This document shows, in pieces, positions 1-9,697 of a DNA stretch of 50,777 nt; the stretch's first letter is position 1; the number at the start of each line of letters is the position of its first letter. The position numbers were made by a program, and so were the translations under genes. The stretch covers positions 1 through 50,777 of the forward strand of contig CALRGH010000002.1 in the NCBI GenBank assembly GCA_943357245.1, written 5' to 3'. This DNA comes from Candidatus Nomurabacteria bacterium. Lineage in GTDB: Bacteria > Patescibacteriota > Minisyncoccia > Phycocordibacterales > UBA9973. The notes beneath the pieces were generated by a model. It saw nothing but the letters and a program-made list of their open reading frames with translations, made no database searches and had not been told where the DNA came from.

Positions 1-74
1 AGTAAATAGGGAGCAATAATTTCGGATCTGATTTATTTTTGTTCGGCCTATTTACTATTTACTATTTACTGATG

Positions 75-392
75 TTAACTAATTTCTATTGTTTCGCCTT
101 TTTTCAAATAAATAATCGCCTTTTTTCCACCTGCGAGCATTCCCTTTCGGCCACGAACAATAACTTTCTTTGCGCGGATAGTTGTCATGCCGATTTTAAG
201 AGGTGTTTTCTTATACTTCGCGATAAATGCTTTTTTGATTTCAGGTTTTGTTGCTCGAGTTTCTACCATAAATACATATGCATTACCTATGGTAAGTCGT
301 GCTGCTTTTTCAGTGACACGTGGTGCACCCAAGAGTGATGTTTTTATCACTTCTGTTACCTCCGTTTTCTTTTTGTCTGTTTTTGTTGCCAT
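75..392 (-). CDS. rplW: 50S ribosomal protein L23
   Basis: 105-aa ORF with L23-like sequence; follows rplD in canonical S10-operon order. Confidence 0.9.
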   Translation of the reverse strand: MATKTDKKKTEVTEVIKTSLLGAPRVTEKAARLTIGNAYVFMVETRATKPEIKKAFIAKYKKTPLKIGMTTIRAKKVIVRGRKGMLAGGKKAIIYLKKGETIEIS

Positions 393-396
393 ATAA

Positions 397-1128
397 TTAT
401 GCAGTAGCTTTCTTACTTACTTGTTTTTTTGCAAGCAAAGCAATAGCGTTTTCTGGTTGGCTGATAATAAGATAACGGTGGTTGAGTACATCAACAATGT
501 CGAGTTCTTCAACGGTGTTCAAAAGCACTTGTGGTAAGTTTCGGTATGCACGAGCAATGTTTGCGTATGTATCTTTCGGTACTGCAACAAGACCAACTTG
601 TTTGCGCGCTTTCAAGAGTTTTTCAAATCCTTTTTGCTCAGCAAGCGAAACGATTACCTTATGTGCATCTTTTGTTTTTGTATTTGCTACCGTCAAATCA
701 TCGATAAAGAGAATTTCTCCATCACGATACTTTTGTGAAAGCACGGTAAACAATGCTTTTGCTTTCATTTTGCGATTGATCTTTTTTGTGTAATCTTTTT
801 CTGCACGAGGTCCGTGCGTAATACCGCCACCAACCCAAATCGGTGAACGAGATGAGCCATGACGTGCACGACCAGTTCCCTTTTGCTGCCATGGCTTCTT
901 ACCACCACCGCGCACTTCGCCGCGAGTCTTTGTATTAGCTGTTCCTGCACGAGCATTACTGGTCATACTGACCATAACTTGGTGCACGAGGTCACCATTC
1001 CATGGCACACCGAAGATAGCTTCTGGAAGAGTAATCGCTGCGCCTTTTTTACCTGCTTGTGTAAATACGGTTGTTTCCAAACTAACTGGAACTTTTACTT
1101 TTTTAGTTTTTTTGAGTGTTGCTTCCAT
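397..1128 (-). CDS. rplD: 50S ribosomal protein L4
   Basis: 243-aa ORF; L4-like core (KPWQQKGTGRARHGS); sits between rplC and rplW. Confidence 0.9.
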   Translation of the reverse strand: MEATLKKTKKVKVPVSLETTVFTQAGKKGAAITLPEAIFGVPWNGDLVHQVMVSMTSNARAGTANTKTRGEVRGGGKKPWQQKGTGRARHGSSRSPIWVGGGITHGPRAEKDYTKKINRKMKAKALFTVLSQKYRDGEILFIDDLTVANTKTKDAHKVIVSLAEQKGFEKLLKARKQVGLVAVPKDTYANIARAYRNLPQVLLNTVEELDIVDVLNHRYLIISQPENAIALLAKKQVSKKATA

Positions 1129-1157
1129 ATATGAGTTATCAAGTTCTTAAAGTTTTT

Positions 1158-1211
1158 AAAGTTATAAAGTATTTTGTAATTTCTTTATGAACTTTATGAC
1201 TTTATAACTTT
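1158..1211. repeat. Intergenic hairpin, family A (AAAGTTATAAAGT / ACTTTATAACTTT)
   Basis: Perfect 13-bp inverted repeat at 1158-1170 / 1199-1211 in the rplC-rplD spacer. Confidence 0.7.
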
Positions 1212-1844
1212 CTACTTGACCTTTGTGGTCATTATCTTAAGCAGAGTACCTCTTCGACCAGGCAACGCCCCGGAGAGTACCAATAAATTCCGTTCCATAT
1301 CAACATCAAGTACGCGAAGATTCGCGACCGTGATGGTATCAGAACCGGTGCGTCCTGCCATGCGCATGCCTTTTGGCACACGAGCACGAAGACCACCACC
1401 GATAGAACCTGGTTCACGTTCAGAGTGTTTCTGACCGTGGGTTCGAGGACCACCATGGAAGCCGTGACGCTTCACGACACCTTGGAAACCTTTACCTTTT
1501 GAAACACCGGTAACGCGCACAACATCGCCGACCGTAAAGCCAGAAACATCGAACACATCACCTCGCTTTTTATCGAGATCAACAGGAGTTTGACCATTGA
1601 TAGGCGCAAATTCCTTTACCGTTTTGAAAACGCCGAGATCGCCCATCTGACCTTGTACGGCCTTTGATACGCGTTCCTTTTTTTGCGCTTCGAAACCGAG
1701 CTGGAGAGCATCATAGCCATCTCGCTCTTTTGTTTTGACCGTAGTCACTGTAGAAGGAGTCGCAAGAACGACTGTCGCCGCATGCGCTTTGCCATCTTCC
1801 GTGAAGTACTGCGTCATATACTGTTTTTTGCCGAGAATAATCAT
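1212..1844 (-). CDS. rplC: 50S ribosomal protein L3
   Basis: 210-aa ORF; L3-like (GKGFQGVVKRHGF); operon position. Confidence 0.92.
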   Translation of the reverse strand: MIILGKKQYMTQYFTEDGKAHAATVVLATPSTVTTVKTKERDGYDALQLGFEAQKKERVSKAVQGQMGDLGVFKTVKEFAPINGQTPVDLDKKRGDVFDVSGFTVGDVVRVTGVSKGKGFQGVVKRHGFHGGPRTHGQKHSEREPGSIGGGLRARVPKGMRMAGRTGSDTITVANLRVLDVDMERNLLVLSGALPGRRGTLLKIMTTKVK

Positions 1845-1854
1845 AGGAATTTAG

Positions 1855-1924
1855 TTCAAAAGTTATAAAGTCAAAAGTTATAAAGCAACACAATTTTTTG
1901 CATTTACTTTATAACTTTATGAAC
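1855..1924. repeat. Intergenic hairpin, family A
   Basis: GTTCAAAAGTTATAAAGT (1855-1871) pairs with ACTTTATAACTTTATGAAC (1906-1924). Shares a 24-nt identical block TTTACTTTATAACTTTATGAACTT with the rpsL-rpsG spacer. Confidence 0.7.
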
Positions 1925-1949
1925 TTTACAAACTTTCTACTTATTTTAT

Positions 1950-2309
1950 TTACATCATTTTAACGTCGATATCTACACCGGATGGCAAGGACAGATTGGT
2001 CAGTGCTTCGATGGTCTTCGCGTTCGGGTTCATAATATCGATCACACGCTTGTGAATACGCATTTCAAACTGTTCACGCGTATTTTTGTAGACGAATGAA
2101 GCGCGATTGACCGTGTACTTTTTAATTTCTGTAGGAAGAGGGATCGGACCAACAACTTCCGCATCGTGGCGGCGCGCCGTATCGATAATTTGTTTTACCG
2201 ATATGTCGAGAATTTTGTTCTCATATGCGCGCACGCGGATACGAAGCTTCACTGCCCCTTCTGCAGACTTCGATTTTGCTGTTTTTGGTTTTGTTGTTTT
2301 AGTAGCCAT
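1950..2309 (-). CDS. rpsJ: 30S ribosomal protein S10
   Basis: 119-aa ORF; S10-like; lies between tuf and rplC. Confidence 0.92.
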   Translation of the reverse strand: MATKTTKPKTAKSKSAEGAVKLRIRVRAYENKILDISVKQIIDTARRHDAEVVGPIPLPTEIKKYTVNRASFVYKNTREQFEMRIHKRVIDIMNPNAKTIEALTNLSLPSGVDIDVKMM

Positions 2310-2311
2310 GG

Positions 2312-2390
2312 GTTAGTAAGTAGTTAGTAGTTAGTAGATAGTAGTGTTCGGAATGTGTTCCTACTTACTACTATCTACTTTCTACTTACT
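2312..2390. repeat. Intergenic hairpin and leader, family B (CTACTTACTACTATCTACT word repeat)
   Basis: AGTAGATAGTAGT (2333-2345) pairs with ACTACTATCTACT (2367-2379). In minus sense it gives a G-free 37-nt leader ending directly at the rpsJ ATG. Confidence 0.7.
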
Positions 2391-3590
2391 TTATCCAATA
2401 ATCTTTGTTACAACACCAGCACCAACTGTCTTACCACCTTCGCGGATAGCAAAACGTGTTTGATCTTCAAGTGCAACTGGCGTTACGAGTTTGACCGTAA
2501 GTTTAACGGTATCACCTGGCATAACCATTTCTGTTCCTGCTGGAAGCACTACATCTCCTGTAACGTCTGTCGTTCGGATGTAGAATTGAGGTTTGTAGCC
2601 ATTAAAGAATGGAGTGTGACGTCCACCTTCTTCCTTTTTCAAGATGTACACTTCACATTCAAAGTTGTCATGTGGAGTAACTGATCCTGTCTTTGCAAGC
2701 ACTTGTCCACGAGTGATATCATCTTTCGCAATACCGCGGAGGAGGATACCTGCGTTATCTCCTGCCATACCTTCTGAAAGTTGCTTGTTGAACATTTCAA
2801 TACCGGTGATAACTGTCTTCTTTGTTTCTTTGATACCAACAAGTTCGACTTCTTCACCAACCTTGACGATACCGCGTTCGATTTTACCGGTGACCACTGT
2901 ACCGCGTCCTTCGATAGAGAAAACGTCTTCGATAGGCATAAGGAATGGTTTTGAGACATCACGAACAGGCTCTGGGATGTAGGTATCGAGAGCTTTAACG
3001 AGATCCATAACTTTTACTGCCCATTCGTCAGTATTGTCTTTTGATTCAAGAGCCTTAAGACCTGAACCACGGATGATAGGACAATCCTTATCAAAACCTT
3101 GTTTTTCAAGGATTTCGCGGATTTCTTCTTCAACCAAGTCAATCATGTCTTTGTCGTCAACCATGTCGCACTTGTTCAAGAACACCACGATTTTTGGCAC
3201 ACCAACTTGTTTTGCAAGGAGGATGTGTTCACGAGTTTGTGGCATAGCACCATCAGTCGCTGCAACCACGATAATAGCACCGTCCATTTGAGCGGCACCC
3301 GTAATCATGTTTTTGATGTAGTCAGCGTGACCCGGAGCATCAATGTGTGCGTAGTGACGATTAGGTGTTTCGTATTCAGAGTGAGAAAGCGCAATGGTGA
3401 TACCACGAGCCTTTTCTTCAGGCGCCTTGTCGATATCGTTAACGCCCTTCAACTTAGCTGAATAACCGTTTCCTTCACGGTTTAAGATAGTCAAAATAGC
3501 CGCGGTAAGAGTTGTCTTGCCGTGGTCAACGTGACCGATAGTTCCCACGTTTACGTGAGGCTTTGTTCGATTGAATACTTCTGCTGCCAT
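2391..3590 (-). CDS. tuf: Elongation factor Tu
   Basis: 399 aa; [10 protein letters not shown]-loop; full-length EF-Tu. Confidence 0.97.
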   Translation of the reverse strand: MAAEVFNRTKPHVNVGTIGHVDHGKTTLTAAILTILNREGNGYSAKLKGVNDIDKAPEEKARGITIALSHSEYETPNRHYAHIDAPGHADYIKNMITGAAQMDGAIIVVAATDGAMPQTREHILLAKQVGVPKIVVFLNKCDMVDDKDMIDLVEEEIREILEKQGFDKDCPIIRGSGLKALESKDNTDEWAVKVMDLVKALDTYIPEPVRDVSKPFLMPIEDVFSIEGRGTVVTGKIERGIVKVGEEVELVGIKETKKTVITGIEMFNKQLSEGMAGDNAGILLRGIAKDDITRGQVLAKTGSVTPHDNFECEVYILKKEEGGRHTPFFNGYKPQFYIRTTDVTGDVVLPAGTEMVMPGDTVKLTVKLVTPVALEDQTRFAIREGGKTVGAGVVTKIIG

Positions 3591-3849
3591 AAATATTTAT
3601 TAGGTAGCGGGTGCGTGCTTATGCACGTTCCATACCTGTCTTTGGTTAATGTACCTCTTCGAAGGAGGTTGTTAATAAAAACCTTTCTATCTATACGAAT
3701 ATGGATAAAAAGAGATTGGTTTTCATACTACCAGAGAGACGGAAATTATGCAAGTACGAGCTGGTTGTGGTTAAAAATCTGCGTCTCAAAATTTTTTGGC
3801 GACGCCAAAAAATCTTTGTGACGTCATTTTTGTGTGTCAAAAATGAAAG

Positions 3850-3875
3850 GCCCTGCAAACTTCGTTTGCAGGGCT
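3850..3875 (-). terminator. Stem-loop terminator downstream of 3894..4451
   Basis: GCCCTGCAAA / TTTGCAGGGC stem, followed in minus sense by a T-rich run. Confidence 0.6.
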
Positions 3876-3893
3876 CTGTGTCTTTTGCTTGTT

Positions 3894-4451
3894 TTAAGAA
3901 ATAATTTTTTCTTTCTCACTCTCTTTTACTTCATCAGTTACCACTTTCCCGTTAAGGGGTTTTGGTTCTCCTTCTTCTTTCTTTACTGGTGCAATAATTC
4001 CTTCACAATAAATCCTCAGTGAACCTTTATCAGATTCCATTGGCTCTTGTGTGTACAACTGCATAGCAAATTCACTTGCTTTCAATAGTGCATTAAGGCG
4101 ATCTAAAATGAATTCTACCGTCAACACAAATGCTCCAGGCATAGTACCGAGAAGGTCAACCTTCTCTTCTATTTCAAAATGATGCTGTCGATGCACTTCT
4201 TTTTTAGCATCACCATGCATTTCAACTTCTTTTGCATATCGCACAAAGTAAAATGATATTTCATCAATAACATGATTGTCGTATTTGTGCTTATACAATG
4301 GCAATTCAAGAAAGGCTATGACGGCATTATCTTGCATTGCACATAACAATATTTCATCTTTAATCGCTTGGACAAACTCTTTTTCAGCTTGCTTAGTATC
4401 ACTAAGGGAGTTGAAAAATTTCTTTTCGGCTTGGAATGTTTTGTTGTTCAT
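3894..4451 (-). CDS. Hypothetical protein
   Basis: 185-aa ORF with its own terminator; no family recognised. Confidence 0.5.
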   Translation of the reverse strand: MNNKTFQAEKKFFNSLSDTKQAEKEFVQAIKDEILLCAMQDNAVIAFLELPLYKHKYDNHVIDEISFYFVRYAKEVEMHGDAKKEVHRQHHFEIEEKVDLLGTMPGAFVLTVEFILDRLNALLKASEFAMQLYTQEPMESDKGSLRIYCEGIIAPVKKEEGEPKPLNGKVVTDEVKESEKEKIIS

Positions 4452-4472
4452 GAGCTAGGGGGTTTTGCCAAC

Positions 4473-4519
4473 TATACCCCCACACCAGATTTTTTGCAAA
4501 AAATTGGTGTGGGGGTATA
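4473..4519. repeat. Near-perfect 47-bp palindrome
   Basis: TATACCCCCACACCAGATTTTTTG / CAAAAAATTGGTGTGGGGGTATA with one bulged base, in a divergent intergenic region. Confidence 0.75.
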
Positions 4520-4550
4520 CTCCATAACTTAAAAAATGAAAAGGGCTTTG

Positions 4551-4626
4551 ACCCGGTAGTAGAGTTTGGCAAAGCAATTTTTTCAAAATTGCGCATAGTA
4601 TGCATTGCCAAAATTCACTACGGGGT
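4551..4626. repeat. About 76-bp inverted-repeat element, copy 1
   Basis: Arms ACCCGGTAGTAGAGTTTGGCAA / TTGCCAAAATTCACTACGGGGT around two small internal hairpins. Second copy at 20922-21000. Confidence 0.75.
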
Positions 4627-4815
4627 TGACCCGTACACTTACTTTGTCATTGTGTTTTTGTTGTAAAAAAAGATTATTACATTACTTACCGTTGATAGCA
4701 CTAGCCGATGTTTATCACAAAAGTAAGAAAACACGAATTGCAACTATGCCAAAGTAAGTGTCCGGGTTGACATCAAAAAGTATCCAGCGTACGCTAAAGA
4801 AAAAATTCAAAAATC

Positions 4816-5688
4816 ATGAGACAGCTAAAAATCGTCAGCCAAATTACTCTCCGCGAAGGTGATTCCCTTCAGCGATATCTAAAAGAAATTGTAAAATATC
4901 CTCTCATTTCTGCCGAACGCGAAGTTGCTTTGGCAAAAAAAATACAAGAAGGTGACTCGGATGCTTTAGACGAACTCATAAAAGCAAATCTTCGTTTTGT
5001 TGTTTCTGTTGCGAAACAGAACCAAAACCAAGGACTGTCGCTTTCTGATTTAATCAACGAGGGAAATATTGGTCTTGGAAAGGCAGCTCAGCGATTTGAT
5101 CACACTCGTGGGTTTAAATTTATTTCATATGCGGTGTGGTGGATTCGTCAATCAATAATGCAAGCGATCGCTGAAAATGCGCGCATTGTGCGTTTGCCAA
5201 TGAACAAAATAGGCTCAACAAACAAAATCAATAAAATGATAATGAAATTTGAGCAACGATACGAACGCGCACCCTCACATGAAGAACTTGCTGAATTACT
5301 TGAGATACCAATAGGAGATATCCAAGACATGCACCAAGGAGATACTAGATATCTTAGTTTCGATGCCCCAATTGCAGAAGGTGAAGAGATGACAAGAATT
5401 GATTATTTTCAAAGTGCCCCAGTCACCGGTAATGTAGAGGATCTGCTGATAAATGAATCTTTGAAACAAGACATCGGTGATATTTTAAGAAATATGATCT
5501 CACAACGAGATGCCGATATTGTTAGTCATCGTTTTGGGATTAATGGTAAAGAAGAATTAAGTTTAGAAGCCATTGGAGAAAAATTTAGCCTCACCCGTGA
5601 ACGCGTTCGGCAAATAGTAGACAAAACAATTCGCCGATTTCGGAAAAATCCACGAGTAAAAAAATTGAATGTGTACTTAGGAAAATGA
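4816..5688 (+). CDS. RNA polymerase sigma-70 family factor (RpoD/SigA-like, no region 1.1)
   Basis: 290 aa; regions 2-4 recognisable (DLINEGNIGLGKAAQRFD...YAVWWIRQ; C-terminal HTH LTRERVRQI). Confidence 0.9.
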   Translation: MRQLKIVSQITLREGDSLQRYLKEIVKYPLISAEREVALAKKIQEGDSDALDELIKANLRFVVSVAKQNQNQGLSLSDLINEGNIGLGKAAQRFDHTRGFKFISYAVWWIRQSIMQAIAENARIVRLPMNKIGSTNKINKMIMKFEQRYERAPSHEELAELLEIPIGDIQDMHQGDTRYLSFDAPIAEGEEMTRIDYFQSAPVTGNVEDLLINESLKQDIGDILRNMISQRDADIVSHRFGINGKEELSLEAIGEKFSLTRERVRQIVDKTIRRFRKNPRVKKLNVYLGK

Positions 5689-5705
5689 ATCATGTTACAA
5701 AAATC

Positions 5706-5742
5706 AAAAGCCCGACACAATTTTATTGTGTCGGGCTTTTTT
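5706..5742. terminator. Bidirectional intrinsic terminator (sigma gene / fusA)
   Basis: GCCCGACACAAT-TTT-ATTGTGTCGGGC flanked by an A-run and a T-run, between convergent genes. Confidence 0.85.
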
Positions 5743-5819
5743 GATTTTTGTTTATTCCAAAAATCACGTATCAAAGATATTTTGGCGTAACCGAAATATT
5801 TTGAGACGCATATTTTCCT

Positions 5820-7970
5820 TTATTTCTTTGCTGCGATAATCGTTTCTGCTACGTTGTTAGGCACGATATCATATCGCAAGAATTCCATCGTAAATCCAGC
5901 GCGACCTTCCGTCATAGAACGGAGGTTTGTCGTGTAGCCGAACATTTCAGACAACGGCACAACCGCCTTGACGACTTTGTTCATACCACGATCTTCCATG
6001 CCTTCAATCAATCCGCGTTTTGCAGAAAGACTTCCAGTAACATCGCCCATGAATTTATCAGGGGTAACGACTTCCACTTTCATCATCGGTTCAAGAATGA
6101 CTGGTTTTGCAGCACGACATGCATCTTGGATACCCATACTTGCGGCGATTTTAAACGCCATTTCGTTTGAGTCCACATCGTGGTAACTTCCATCCCAGAG
6201 TTCGACAGAAACATCCACCATTTTAAATCCTGCCAAAATACCGCGATCGAGACCTTCTCGGAATCCTTTTTCACAGGCAGGAATATATTCTTGTGGAATC
6301 GAACCTCCTTTGATGGTGTTGATGAATTCAAAGTGTGGTTCGCGTTTGACTGATTTTGGTAGATCTTCGATTTCTTCTTTCGTGAGCGACATATCCATCG
6401 GCTTGACGCGGATTTTCACGTGACCATAGTTTCCACGACCACCGGATTGTTTGATGTACTTACCTTCTGCTTCCGCATTTGCATTAATTGTTTCGCGGTA
6501 CGCAACTTGTGGTTTACCGACATTTGCATCAACAGCGAATTCTCGCTTCATACGATCGACAATAATATCCAAGTGCAATTCTCCCATACCTGCGATAATT
6601 GTTTCCATTGTTTCTTGATCGGTCGACACACGGAATGTTGGATCTTCATCCGCAAGACGTGAAAGCGCAAGACCCATTTTTTCTTGGTCAGCTTTTGTTT
6701 TTGGTTCGATGCGGAGGGAAATAACTGGTTCTGGGAAGACGATGCGTTCGAGCATGATTGGCTTTGCATCATCACAAAGTGTGTCAGATGTTTTTGTATC
6801 TTTAAGTCCCACAATCGCGGCAATATCACCCGCGAAAATTTTCTTCACTTCTTCGCGTTGATCTGCTTGCATACGCACAATACGGCCGATGCGTTCTTTG
6901 TTGCGTGTGCGAGGATTATACACATAACTTCCTGATTCAAGCGTACCTGAATACACACGGAAGAAGACGAGCTGGCCAACGAATGGATCCGCCATCAATT
7001 TGAAAGCGAGGCCACAAAATGGTTCTGCATCATCTGCAGCACGTGAGAGTGCTTCATCGGTATTTGGATCAGTTCCGGTCACCGGCTTAATATCTTTTGG
7101 AGATGGCAAATAGTCGACAACCGCATCAAGCACGAGCTGGACGCCTTTATTCTTGAGTGCTGAGCCTGCGTAGACAGGAAAGATTTCATTTTTGATAACT
7201 GCTTTGCGGAGAGTCTTTTTGAGTTCGTCGAGAGATGGTTCGTTGCCTTCCAAATATGCCGTCATCTGTGCTTCATCGTTTTCGACGATGCGTTCGATGA
7301 GTTCACCATGATACTTTTTTGCATCCGCCATCATGTTTTCTGGAATTTCTTTTTCAACCACGTTACTTCCCATGTCCCCTTCGAAATAGTAGGCCTTCAT
7401 CGTCAAAAGATCTACGACGCCTTCATGATTTTCTTCAAGGCCAATAGGAAGTTGCATACGAACCGCCTTTTTTGAAAGACGATCGAGAATCGTTGCATAG
7501 GAATGTTCAAATGATGCACCTGTTCGGTCGAGCTTGTTCACGAAACAGATACGAGGTACTTGTGCTTCGTCCGCATAGCGCCAGTTTGTTTCAGATTGTG
7601 GTTCAACACCAGCAACGCCATCAAAGACAACGACGGCACCGTCGAGCACGCGAAGCGAGCGCTTCACTTCAACCGTAAAGTCGATGTGTCCTGGGGTATC
7701 GATAATATTGAAACGAATTTTCTTATTTTTGTCTGCATTCGCATAGGTCGGAATCCACGCACATGTAACTGCCGCAGCGGTAATCGTGATACCGCGTTCT
7801 CGCTCTTGTTCCATCCAGTCTGTGGTAGTTTCGCCGTCGTGCACTTCACCAATTTTGTGGGACATGCCCGTGTAAAACAACACGCGTTCTGAAGTCGTGG
7901 TTTTGCCCGCGTCGATGTGGGCGATAATGCCAAAATTTCTTACTTTCTCCAATGGGTACTCTCTGTCCAT
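5820..7970 (-). CDS. fusA: Elongation factor G
   Basis: 716 aa; AHIDAGKTT; full-length EF-G. Confidence 0.97.
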   Translation of the reverse strand: MDREYPLEKVRNFGIIAHIDAGKTTTSERVLFYTGMSHKIGEVHDGETTTDWMEQERERGITITAAAVTCAWIPTYANADKNKKIRFNIIDTPGHIDFTVEVKRSLRVLDGAVVVFDGVAGVEPQSETNWRYADEAQVPRICFVNKLDRTGASFEHSYATILDRLSKKAVRMQLPIGLEENHEGVVDLLTMKAYYFEGDMGSNVVEKEIPENMMADAKKYHGELIERIVENDEAQMTAYLEGNEPSLDELKKTLRKAVIKNEIFPVYAGSALKNKGVQLVLDAVVDYLPSPKDIKPVTGTDPNTDEALSRAADDAEPFCGLAFKLMADPFVGQLVFFRVYSGTLESGSYVYNPRTRNKERIGRIVRMQADQREEVKKIFAGDIAAIVGLKDTKTSDTLCDDAKPIMLERIVFPEPVISLRIEPKTKADQEKMGLALSRLADEDPTFRVSTDQETMETIIAGMGELHLDIIVDRMKREFAVDANVGKPQVAYRETINANAEAEGKYIKQSGGRGNYGHVKIRVKPMDMSLTKEEIEDLPKSVKREPHFEFINTIKGGSIPQEYIPACEKGFREGLDRGILAGFKMVDVSVELWDGSYHDVDSNEMAFKIAASMGIQDACRAAKPVILEPMMKVEVVTPDKFMGDVTGSLSAKRGLIEGMEDRGMNKVVKAVVPLSEMFGYTTNLRSMTEGRAGFTMEFLRYDIVPNNVAETIIAAKK

Positions 7971-8188
7971 AAATTAAAGATTAAAGCTATTAACTGTCGC
8001 CGAAGCATGCCCCGTACCAAGCTCTGCTTTGGTATCGGGGTTTCGGACTTTTTCTAGAGGATATTCTCGTTCCATAAAAATAAGGTTATAGGTTTTAGTT
8101 GCTAGGTTCTAGTAAAACAAAAAAGACACGAGGTCTTATATGTGGTATGTACTATAAAGTATTTTTCAGTGTTTTGCAAATGAAAAAA

Positions 8189-8210
8189 GCCACCCGAGGA
8201 TGTGGGTGGC
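8189..8210 (-). terminator. Intrinsic terminator after 8228..8599
   Basis: GCCACCC...GGGTGGC stem, with TTTTTT following in minus sense. Near-duplicate of 8647-8668. Confidence 0.75.
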
Positions 8211-8227
8211 TTTGGTTTCTTCATGGA

Positions 8228-8599
8228 TCATTTCCTTTCAACTCGGGCAATGCGAAATTCAATAGTGGCATCAGCTTGGCGAACAACCGAGTCACCCTCT
8301 AGAAGATCAATAGCGATATGTGCCACTGTCGAATCTCCATAGGTATAGGCATAAAACTGGTTTTTGCAAATTTCCCAACCAGAGTTTGTTTCTTTACCAT
8401 CAACGAGTACAACACAGGTAACACAAATAACAGATCCTTGATCTATTGAAGAATCAAGATCAAGTACATGAATTTTTTCTCCCGAAGAAATGACTACTGC
8501 ATTCGCTTTGGGTGTCGCGAATGAAAAAAGATGTGGTTCAAGTAGTATACCGAGTAGTATGACCATAAGACCGAGAGTGCCGTATATTATTTTTTTCAT
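8228..8599 (-). CDS. Hypothetical secreted protein
   Basis: 123 aa; N-terminal hydrophobic signal-like segment; own terminator. Confidence 0.5.
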   Translation of the reverse strand: MKKIIYGTLGLMVILLGILLEPHLFSFATPKANAVVISSGEKIHVLDLDSSIDQGSVICVTCVVLVDGKETNSGWEICKNQFYAYTYGDSTVAHIAIDLLEGDSVVRQADATIEFRIARVERK

Positions 8600-8646
8600 G
8601 GTGCAGGATTTTAATTAACGATATACCTTTTGAGGACAAAAGAAAA

Positions 8647-8668
8647 GCCACCCGAGAATAGTGGTGGC
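8647..8668 (-). terminator. Intrinsic terminator after 8679..9068
   Basis: GCCACC...GGTGGC stem plus T-run in minus sense; sequence-related to 8189-8210. Confidence 0.7.
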
Positions 8669-8678
8669 TTTTTAAGCA

Positions 8679-9068
8679 TTAAAGAATCCTTTTGTATTTA
8701 CATTGCTCCCATGTGCGATCTTTTTCCCTAAGAGTATCTGCACGTGTTTTACAAAGATCTCTATACCATGACGCATTTTGTGTGTATTTACATTCTTCAT
8801 CAAGCACAGCGATAACTCGTCGCTTTGGATCAAGATTTTTAATGAATTTATACAAAGGAAGTCCTACTGACATCAATATCACAAGCATCTTAGGCCCTGT
8901 ATTTTCTAATGAATCATTAAATAATACCTGTGCCATTGATCCTGCAATAACTACCGTAACAATGAAATAAAAAAGTGGCTGATGTTTTGTTTTGTTGGCA
9001 ATCTCAGCTAGTGTCAAATTAACGTATGTATTTCTCATGAGGTGAACAATTTTTCTTCTACCATACAC
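8679..9068 (-). CDS. Hypothetical membrane protein
   Basis: 129 aa with two hydrophobic segments; no family recognised. Confidence 0.45.
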   Translation of the reverse strand: MYGRRKIVHLMRNTYVNLTLAEIANKTKHQPLFYFIVTVVIAGSMAQVLFNDSLENTGPKMLVILMSVGLPLYKFIKNLDPKRRVIAVLDEECKYTQNASWYRDLCKTRADTLREKDRTWEQCKYKRIL

Positions 9069-9136
9069 TTATTTTGTATAATTATCAAATAAAAAAACTC
9101 CCCGCAAGGAGAGTTCTTTTATTTGATTTCTTTATA

Positions 9137-9607
9137 TTACCAAGCAAAGTGAGCGAACGCTTTGTTTGATTCTGCCATTTTGTGTGTATCTTCTTTCTTT
9201 TTGATTGCAGAACCTTCGTTTTTTGAAGCGAGGATGAGTTCATCAGCGAGACGCTTTGCCATTGGCGCACCTTTCTTACTGCGAGCAGCAGCGAGAATCC
9301 ATCGAAATGCGAGTGCTTGGCGACGTTCTGGGCGAACTTCACGAGGGACTTGGTAGTTTGCACCACCGATACGTCGTGAGCGAACTTCGAGGTTTGGACT
9401 TGCGTTCTTGATAGCTGTATCAAAGATTTCGAGTGCATCTTCTGTGCCTGTCTTTTCTTTGATCATATCAAAAGCACCGTACACAACTTTGCGTGCAGTT
9501 TCTTTTTTACCATCCCACATGAGACAGTTGATAAACTTCGCAACTCGAGGAGAGTTGTAAACAATATCAGGTAACACTATGTTTTTGTTGTTGATTTTGC
9601 GTCGCAT
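9137..9607 (-). CDS. rpsG: 30S ribosomal protein S7
   Basis: 156 aa; S7-like; downstream of rpsL. Confidence 0.95.
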   Translation of the reverse strand: MRRKINNKNIVLPDIVYNSPRVAKFINCLMWDGKKETARKVVYGAFDMIKEKTGTEDALEIFDTAIKNASPNLEVRSRRIGGANYQVPREVRPERRQALAFRWILAAARSKKGAPMAKRLADELILASKNEGSAIKKKEDTHKMAESNKAFAHFAW

Positions 9608-9613
9608 ATGATG

Positions 9614-9677
9614 AGTTATAAAGTGGAATGTTATAAAATTTTTAAAGTTGAGCGCTTGTGCCTTTTACTTTATAACT
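9614..9677. repeat. Intergenic hairpin, family A
   Basis: AGTTATAAAGT (9614-9624) / ACTTTATAACT (9667-9677) in the rpsL-rpsG spacer. Confidence 0.7.
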
Positions 9678-9697
9678 TTATGAACTTGATAAACTTT

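Noticed and set aside
39-396. Plus-strand ORFs 39..338 and 187..396
   Set aside because: They are antisense to rplW, with Phe/Cys-rich low-complexity translations typical of the reverse strand of an AT-rich gene.
4551-4626. Small self-cleaving ribozyme or tRNA-like RNA
   Set aside because: I found no hammerhead core (CUGANGA...GAAA) or other recognisable catalytic core on either strand. Conserved arms with an unconserved interior argue against a conserved ncRNA family.
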